Positions 57,502 through 64,000 of a stretch of DNA of 64,000 bases are shown piece by piece. The DNA lies in the NCBI GenBank assembly GCA_965223265.1, contig OZ244999.1:3200001-3264000 (forward strand), written 5' to 3'. Source of the stretch: Planctomycetota bacterium (GTDB lineage Bacteria > Planctomycetota > UBA8108 > SXIK01). The stretch's first letter is position 1; the number at the start of each line of letters is the position of its first letter. Position numbers and translations under genes: made by a program. The notes under the pieces are model-generated. The model was not told the DNA's origin and searched no databases. It saw nothing but the letters and a program-made list of their open reading frames with translations.

Positions 57502-58817
57502 AGACACAAGTTGCGCGGGATTTCAGCGTCGGATTCGTCCTCTTCATTGCCACCATCATCCTGATGGTCGGGCTGTTTCTCGTGGGCGATGCTGGTGGGC
57601 TATTGACGGACCAGTACAACTATTTCCTCAAGGTGCCTAGTGCCAACGGACTTCAGATTGGCTCGAAGGTCTACCTTTCGGGAGTACCAGCCGGCAAGAT
57701 CAGCGATGTCGATTTTTCGCGCGATCCCAACGACGACAAGGTCCACCTGACGTTAGCGATCCATCGCCGGCATGCTGACCGCATCGGGGTCGACTCGAGG
57801 GGGTGGCTGCAAAGTGAGGGACTGCTCGGCGACACATCGGTGCATGTCAGTTTGCGCGGCGATTCCGAAGTCCTTGAGCCCGGGGAGGAGATCAGATTTG
57901 AGCTGCGTCCGCTGCTCGATGAGCTCGCGGGCGAAGGCGCGACAGAGAGCGCGACGACCTTGCTCAAAACGGTGACCGCCATCTTGAATGAAATCCAGCG
58001 TGGCGAGGGCTCGATCGGCAAGTTTTTCAAAGATCCAGAGCTGTACGACAACGTGAACTCCTTCAGTCGAGCCATGAGCGAGGCGACCGAGGAGATTAAG
58101 TCGGTGAGCAAAGAAGTACGCCACATGCTCGAGGCGATCCGCGACGAGAAGGGAACGCTTGGCCAGCTCGTCTACTCAGAGGAGTACGCGACTCGCTTCA
58201 AGCAGGTCGTTTCTAGTGCGACGTCGCTCATCGCCCACCTCGACGAGATCAGCTCCAAGGTGGAAGCTGGCGAGGGGACTCTTGGCCGATTGGTCGCCGA
58301 TTCGAAGATGCATGATGAATTAACGGACGCGCTTGAAAGTATCTCCAAGACTGCATGGCGTCTTGAGACGATTTTGACTGCCTTGGATGGCGGCACGAGC
58401 GTGATCTCGAAGCTCGTTCACGACGGGGATTTGGGGCTGAAATTCGAAGACTTCCTCGGCACGGTGCAGATGAGCACGCGCTCGTTGGCGAACATTCTGG
58501 AGAAACTCGACCGAGGCGAAGGTTCTGCTGGCATGTTTCTGAACGACCCGTCACTCGCCGCGAGTGTGCGTGACGTCGTACTCGGGGTGCAGGAGCTGGG
58601 TTACTTACAGAACGTGGTGAGAAACGCTGAGTTGAAGGGGCGAGCCATCCGAGTCGCCCGCGACACATTCAGTGCTGCACAGCGAGAGGAACTCGATCGT
58701 CTCCGTGAACGCGATGACGCTCGCCGGGACCGCGGTCAGGAGGCGGAAGACGATGGTGCGGATAGCTTTCGACTGAAGGCCGTGCCAGCAGCTGGGAGTG
58801 ACGAACAGAGGAACTGA
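57498..58817 (+). CDS. mlaD: MCE/MlaD protein with long helical repeat tail
   Basis: GLQIGSKVYLSGVPAGKI, GLLGD, repeated G(E/K)G(T/S)LGxLxxD motifs. Confidence 0.88.
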   Translation: MKTQVARDFSVGFVLFIATIILMVGLFLVGDAGGLLTDQYNYFLKVPSANGLQIGSKVYLSGVPAGKISDVDFSRDPNDDKVHLTLAIHRRHADRIGVDSRGWLQSEGLLGDTSVHVSLRGDSEVLEPGEEIRFELRPLLDELAGEGATESATTLLKTVTAILNEIQRGEGSIGKFFKDPELYDNVNSFSRAMSEATEEIKSVSKEVRHMLEAIRDEKGTLGQLVYSEEYATRFKQVVSSATSLIAHLDEISSKVEAGEGTLGRLVADSKMHDELTDALESISKTAWRLETILTALDGGTSVISKLVHDGDLGLKFEDFLGTVQMSTRSLANILEKLDRGEGSAGMFLNDPSLAASVRDVVLGVQELGYLQNVVRNAELKGRAIRVARDTFSAAQREELDRLRERDDARRDRGQEAEDDGADSFRLKAVPAAGSDEQRN

Positions 58818-58819
58818 AC

Positions 58820-59473
58820 GTGGCGGCGAACAAAGGTGCGGTCGTAAGACTCTGCCGGATTGGGGTTGTGAGTCTGTTGGTGTGGATGTGTGCCGGCGTC
58901 TGCGGATGCTCTCTCTTCACCGCGCCGCGGCGCGACTACACGACCAACGATCGCCTCTTGACGAGTCTGGCGGATGCTAGTGGCTACAGGGTCGCGGATG
59001 AGGAGTTCGAGCTCGTCGAGATCGACCTTCGTGACGACGTCATCACATACCAGTACCGCGGTGTCGAATACGCTGGCGACCAAGCTTGGGTCATTCGGTT
59101 TTCTGAGAAATCCACCGAGCAGAACCCTGCGGCTCTGTCCGATATCGATTCCTTGACGAGCGTTCTTCGCGAGGGGCGGAGGCGATTTGAGATCGTCTCG
59201 GAGGGTACGGTCACTCGTGGAGCGGGTGATGTAGTCAGTTTCGTCGCCTACCGCTTTGATTCCACCGTTCAGAGCAACAGCGGCGTGCCATTTGAAGGCA
59301 GAGGGGTCGTTGCGGTGCTGAGCCAATCCGTCGGCGACCTGCGTCTGATCTATCAGATCAAACTCGACAACTATGGCGACCGAACCGATCTCGCGATTGG
59401 AGATCTCGACGCGTTTCTGCAGCCGCTTGGGCTCGCCCGCATTTCTCACAAGATTCCTACTGCGGCACCGTAA
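58820..59473 (+). CDS. Hypothetical lipoprotein at the end of the mla operon
   Basis: Starts 2 bp after mlaD, hydrophobic leader with lipobox-like VCGC. Confidence 0.7.
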   Translation: MAANKGAVVRLCRIGVVSLLVWMCAGVCGCSLFTAPRRDYTTNDRLLTSLADASGYRVADEEFELVEIDLRDDVITYQYRGVEYAGDQAWVIRFSEKSTEQNPAALSDIDSLTSVLREGRRRFEIVSEGTVTRGAGDVVSFVAYRFDSTVQSNSGVPFEGRGVVAVLSQSVGDLRLIYQIKLDNYGDRTDLAIGDLDAFLQPLGLARISHKIPTAAP

Positions 59474-59824
59474 GTCGCGTCGTGGACTGCGTCAGGCTTC
59501 ACGATTCGATCCTCAATGTGTTGGAAACACGCCTCCGGTCGAATCGCAAAACCTTCCTTGCCACGACGCGACTTACGGCACCTCGCTACGAAATCTTGTG
59601 AGAAATGCGGGCTCGCCGCGCGCTGAGAGTTGCGGTCAGCCTTCACGGTTGACGGGCCGCTCGAGGAGATGTTACGGTCCCGGGCAAGTGCGGGCCTCAG
59701 TCGTCTTCGTTGGGCGCGACTTCGTTACACGACGGCGTGGGTTTCGTGTGGATCACTGCCCTCGAAACGAGACATTCTCGAGGCGCAGAACGTTCGGATC
59801 GAGAGGAGAGGTGAGAAGGAGAAG

Positions 59825-61351
59825 ATGGAGAGAAGCGCGGCGCTGTCGTTCGGTCGAGCGGCTCGGTTTTTCGTGGCAGCGATCGCCCTATGTCTGGTCT
59901 CGACGACCGCATGGGGCTCTACCCAACTGGGCCGTCGAGTTGAAAAGATTCTTCGTGATTATGGGTTTCCGCAAAAGTCCATCGGCCTTGAGTTCTTGGA
60001 TGAGAAAGGCCGCTCCCTCGTTGCCATCAACGCGGAATCACCACGCAAACCTGCGAGCAATCTGAAGGTTCTTACGACTGCCGCAGCGCTGTCGATCCTT
60101 GGTGCCGAGTACCAATTTGAAACGAGACTCTTAGCCAGCATGGCGCCAGAGGCGGGAGTCATCCGCGGCGATTTGATCCTGCGCGGCACCGGGGATCCGA
60201 ATATCTCGGGGCGATTCTACAATGATGACCCCACCCGGCTGATCGAAGACTGGGCTGCGGGACTGGTGCAAAAGCTCGGGCTACGACACGTTACTGGATC
60301 CGTTGTCGCTGACGATTCATTCTTCGACGACGTTAGATTCTTGCCCACATGGGACCCGGCGCAAGCGGGACGCTGGTACAGCGCACAAGTGAGCCCGCTC
60401 TCCTTCAACGATAATTGTGTCGACGTTCGCATCGAGCCGGCGACGCGTGTAGGCGCCGCAGCTCATGTCAGAATCTTGCCGCAGTCGCGCTATTTTTCGA
60501 TCCACGGGAATCTCCGGACCGTCGCCGGGCGCAAGCGAAAGGTCCAGATTCATCGAAGACCAGGAACGAACGTCATTCGTCTAAGCGGTGAAATTGGCTA
60601 TCGCGGCAACAAGAATTTTTACGATCACGTGACCGTCGACGATCCTTCGCTCTTTCTCGCCACGGTTGTCAAGGAGGCGCTCGAGAGGCGAGGCGTGCGC
60701 ATCGACGGAGCCGTGAAGCGGGTTGCGCCCGAGGAGTACTACTACGACGAAAAGACGCGTCGAAAGGGCGACGGTGTGAAGGCCAAGGAATCTGTCTTGG
60801 TCTACCATAGGTCAACGCTCGCGCAAGATTTGCCGGTGATCAACAAGCCGAGCCAAAACCTGCATGCTGAGATGCTGTTGAAGACGCTTGGGGCACGTGT
60901 CTTCGGGCGCGGTACGACCGAGGACGGCGCCGCCGCGGTGCGAAAGTTCCTGAAGGACAAGCGGATTCCCGCTCCAGGCATTCAGCTGCATGACGGTTCC
61001 GGCTTGTCGCATGAGAATCGAATCGCGGCGTCGACGCTCGTGCGAACGTTGCATAGTGCACGCGGCGAGCCCTACTTCAAACGCTTCTACGATTCCTTGG
61101 CCGTGGCGGGAGTCGACGGCACGCTGAAGAAGAGATTTCGCCGGCAGCGGCGGTTGCACGGGCAGGTGCACGCGAAGACAGGTGCGATTCGGGGCGTCTC
61201 GGCTCTGTCTGGTTTTGTGCGACGTGGCCCGCTCGTGTGGTCGTTTTCCATCCTCGTCGGTGCTGGGTCGCCGAAATCGAAGTCGCCGCGAGAGCTTCAG
61301 GAAGCGCTCGTCGCCGCGATGTTCGAAGCGATGCCGACCGTCGCGCCATGA
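59825..61351 (+). CDS. dacB: D-Ala-D-Ala carboxypeptidase/endopeptidase PBP4 (S13)
   Basis: PASNLK (SxxK), GTGDP, SQN (SxN), DGSGLS, AKTG. Confidence 0.93.
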   Translation: MERSAALSFGRAARFFVAAIALCLVSTTAWGSTQLGRRVEKILRDYGFPQKSIGLEFLDEKGRSLVAINAESPRKPASNLKVLTTAAALSILGAEYQFETRLLASMAPEAGVIRGDLILRGTGDPNISGRFYNDDPTRLIEDWAAGLVQKLGLRHVTGSVVADDSFFDDVRFLPTWDPAQAGRWYSAQVSPLSFNDNCVDVRIEPATRVGAAAHVRILPQSRYFSIHGNLRTVAGRKRKVQIHRRPGTNVIRLSGEIGYRGNKNFYDHVTVDDPSLFLATVVKEALERRGVRIDGAVKRVAPEEYYYDEKTRRKGDGVKAKESVLVYHRSTLAQDLPVINKPSQNLHAEMLLKTLGARVFGRGTTEDGAAAVRKFLKDKRIPAPGIQLHDGSGLSHENRIAASTLVRTLHSARGEPYFKRFYDSLAVAGVDGTLKKRFRRQRRLHGQVHAKTGAIRGVSALSGFVRRGPLVWSFSILVGAGSPKSKSPRELQEALVAAMFEAMPTVAP

Positions 61352-61486
61352 AGCCGATTGGCGCCGACCGGGAACCGAGTGGCCGCACGCTCGATGACCC
61401 TCTGAGGGACGGTGGCAGGCGGTTTACCCTGAAGGGGACAAGGATTGCTCGAACGGAACGTTCCGCCGCGGGTCGGTCGGCTGTCG

Positions 61487-61510
61487 ACCGCCCGCTTGGG
61501 CGGTTTTTTC
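61487..61510 (+). terminator. Intrinsic terminator downstream of dacB
   Basis: ACCGCCC-GCTT-GGGCGGT followed by a T run. Confidence 0.8.
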
Positions 61511-61720
61511 TGCTTTGAGCCACCGCGGTGCGTGTTAACATGGCTTTACAAACTGCACCAATCATCTAGCTGCGCTTTACATTCGCGCGGCACCAGCGCT
61601 TCAGCCCGTAAGTCATAGTAGCAGAATTCTTTAACGAAAAGCTTCATGGGTGATGCGCCTCGCGTCGGTGACGCGTCGGTGACGCGTCAGAGCACAGCGC
61701 CAGGTTGCGCTCAGTGGGGA

Positions 61721-63799
61721 ATGATGGCGAAGACGAGAGCGACTCAGCAGTCCCGGGGACGCCCGAAGACGTACGCCAAACTGATCATCCAAGAGAACGG
61801 TGAACAGCGAGTGGTCGAGCTGGCCTCTCGGGTGACGACGGTCGGGCGTTCACAAGACAACTCGGTGGAAATCGACGACATCAATTCCTCGCGTCGGCAT
61901 TGTCAAATCGAGCGAACGTCGGGCGGGTATGAGATCGTCGACCTCAAGAGCAGAAACGGAACCTTGGTCAACGGCATCTTGGTTCTTCGCAAGGACCTTC
62001 GACCGGGAGACTGTATCGAGATTGGTCGCACGCAGATGTTCTTCGAGTACGTCTCCTCAGAGTATTCACAAGAGACGATCGATCTGACCACGGGTCACTT
62101 TCTTGAGCCGCTCGCGACGCTTGAGGACGACAGCCAGCTCGAGGTGCTGAAGAAGGAACGCGACATATTCCTCAAGCTTCTCGAGATCAATCGCAATCTG
62201 AACTCGAAGATCGTTCTCAGAGACTTGCTCGACCTGATGATCGACACGGTCATCGACGTCACTGCTGCGCAGCGCGGATTTCTTCTCTTGGTCGAGGGGA
62301 AAGAGATTCGCGTCACAGCGGCACGCAACATGGACAAGGAGAACATCAAGGACCCAGAGTTCAAGTTGAGCCATGCGATTGCGATGAGCGTACTCGATAC
62401 GGGGTCTGCGGTGCTCTCCGATGATGTTCTCGCTGATCCTCGGTTCGCGGATTTGCGTGAAGAGCGCCAGCTCAAGCTGCGCTCGACTTTGTGTGTGCCG
62501 GTCCGCATCGATGAACGATACATCGGAGCCATTTACGTCGACCACCGCTTCGACACGGGAGCGTTCAATGAGAATCATCGACGCTGGTTGGAGATTCTTG
62601 CGGACCAGGTCGCGGTGGCGATTCGGAATGCACAGATGTTTGAGGACCTGCGAGCCCGCACCAAGGCTCTGGAGGAGGCTCAATCTCGACTTGAGCGCGT
62701 CAACTTAGACCTCGAAGAGAAGGTCCTCTCGAAGAGCCTTCAGCTAGAAGATGCGATCAAGCTGATACCAAGAGACCGGCCCAAACGATTCAAGTACGAC
62801 TACTCGGCGATCGTCACTCGTAGCCCGAAGATGTACGAGGTGTTCGCTCTGCTCGACAAGATCATCGAGTCGAACGTGCCCGTCTTGGTCCTGGGCGAGA
62901 GCGGTACGGGCAAGGAGTTGGTCGCGCGAGCGATTCACGACAACGGCCTCCGCTCCAATCGTGAGTTTGTGAGCGAGAACTGTGCCGCGATTCCCGTGAA
63001 CCTACTTGAGAGTGAATTCTTCGGTTATGTCCGTGGCGCTTTCACTGGAGCGACGCGTGACAAGCGGGGTCTCTTTGAGGTCGCGCATGAAGGCACGCTC
63101 TTCCTTGACGAGATCGCCGACATGCCGCCGCCTATGCAGACGAAGCTTTTGCGGGCACTTCAAGAGGGAGAAATCCGGCGAGTCGGCGGCAAAGACATCA
63201 TCAAGGTCAACGTGCGCGTAATTTCCGCCACAAACAAGAACATCTACGACTTAGTGCATAAGCGCGAGTTTCGGGAGGATTTACTCTTCCGAATCAATGT
63301 CATCACGTTGAACCTTCCTCCTCTTCGTGATCGACGCGAAGACATTCCTTTGTTGATAGACTTCTTCCTCGATCGGATTGCTAAACGCTCAGGTGAGCCG
63401 AAAAAGACGTTGGATCGGGAGACGTTCCACCTGCTTTACCAATACGATTGGCCGGGGAATATTCGAGAGCTGGAGAATGAGATCGAACGCCTCTCGGCGT
63501 TAAGCAGCGGGCGCATCGAGTCGAACCTCCTCAGTAGTAATATTCAGGCGAAAGCTCAGGGGCGCTCGGTCTCGCTGACGGGGAAGTCGTTGAAAGATGT
63601 TGTCGCTCGAACGGTAGAAGACGTCGAGATGCACTTCATTCGAACGACCCTTATGGACGCAGAGTGGAAGAAGTCGAAGGCCGCCGAGGCCCTCGGAATC
63701 TCGCGTCCGACACTCGATGCCAAGATCGAAAAATACGGCATCAAGCGGGAGCAGGATGTAGGCTCTTCATCAGGGGAAGGCAGTCCCTCCAAGAACTAA
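61721..63799 (+). CDS. FHA-GAF-sigma54 activator (bEBP) with Fis-type HTH
   Basis: VGRS...SRRH...SRNGTLVNG (FHA), GAF, GESGTGKE, GAFTGA, FLDEI, WPGNIRELEN, AAEALGISRPTL. Confidence 0.95.
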   Translation: MMAKTRATQQSRGRPKTYAKLIIQENGEQRVVELASRVTTVGRSQDNSVEIDDINSSRRHCQIERTSGGYEIVDLKSRNGTLVNGILVLRKDLRPGDCIEIGRTQMFFEYVSSEYSQETIDLTTGHFLEPLATLEDDSQLEVLKKERDIFLKLLEINRNLNSKIVLRDLLDLMIDTVIDVTAAQRGFLLLVEGKEIRVTAARNMDKENIKDPEFKLSHAIAMSVLDTGSAVLSDDVLADPRFADLREERQLKLRSTLCVPVRIDERYIGAIYVDHRFDTGAFNENHRRWLEILADQVAVAIRNAQMFEDLRARTKALEEAQSRLERVNLDLEEKVLSKSLQLEDAIKLIPRDRPKRFKYDYSAIVTRSPKMYEVFALLDKIIESNVPVLVLGESGTGKELVARAIHDNGLRSNREFVSENCAAIPVNLLESEFFGYVRGAFTGATRDKRGLFEVAHEGTLFLDEIADMPPPMQTKLLRALQEGEIRRVGGKDIIKVNVRVISATNKNIYDLVHKREFREDLLFRINVITLNLPPLRDRREDIPLLIDFFLDRIAKRSGEPKKTLDRETFHLLYQYDWPGNIRELENEIERLSALSSGRIESNLLSSNIQAKAQGRSVSLTGKSLKDVVARTVEDVEMHFIRTTLMDAEWKKSKAAEALGISRPTLDAKIEKYGIKREQDVGSSSGEGSPSKN

Positions 63800-63842
63800 C
63801 AACCTGTGAGTCGCGATCGACGCAAAGCACGTACGGCGCAGA

Positions 63843-64000
63843 ATGGTTGCACGTTACTGGATCGAATTCAACGATGGTGGACGTGTCCGGCGCGTCGAGG
63901 TCGATGGGGACGAGCTGACGATTGGCCGCGACGAGACGAACGATATCGTTCTCGACGATCGACGCGCGTCGCGGCTTCATTGCAAATTGACCGTGACTGG
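63843..64000 (+). CDS. FHA domain protein, truncated by the window end
   Basis: Manual translation MVARYWIEFNDGGRVRRVEVDGDELTIGRDETNDIVLDDRRASRLHC carries the GR...SRxH FHA motif. Confidence 0.8.
   Translation, partial: MVARYWIEFNDGGRVRRVEVDGDELTIGRDETNDIVLDDRRASRLHCKLTVT

Noticed and set aside
61352-61486. Possible 6S RNA or riboswitch between dacB and its terminator
   Set aside because: The ends can pair (GCCGACC/GGTCGGT), but I could not match any family consensus; an Rfam scan is needed

Overview
GC-rich bacterial chromosomal segment, most likely from a planctomycete. This is inferred from the DUF1549/DUF1553 cytochrome plus DUF1501 gene pair, two secreted proteins with 'RGDANxDG' dockerin-like modules, and a LTD-CotH protein. 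The window holds about 36 protein genes: aconitase, mlaEFD, dacB, arnB/arnD-like, an LptF/G-like permease, a squalene/phytoene synthase, an ECF sigma/NrsF pair, an octaheme-TPR protein and an FHA-GAF sigma-54 activator, among others. It also contains tRNA-Asn(GTT), two pyrimidine-rich simple repeats, and about 9 full, partial or decayed copies of a hairpin-forming MITE family with 4-bp target duplications. I saw no transposase, integrase, prophage or CRISPR array. The most unusual gene is a membrane-anchored ClpA/B-type AAA+ ATPase fused to a release-factor-2-like domain that lacks the GGQ catalytic domain and the SPF stop-codon motif, a candidate ribosome- or nascent-chain-linked quality-control factor. 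All family calls come from reading motifs by eye; no database searches were run.
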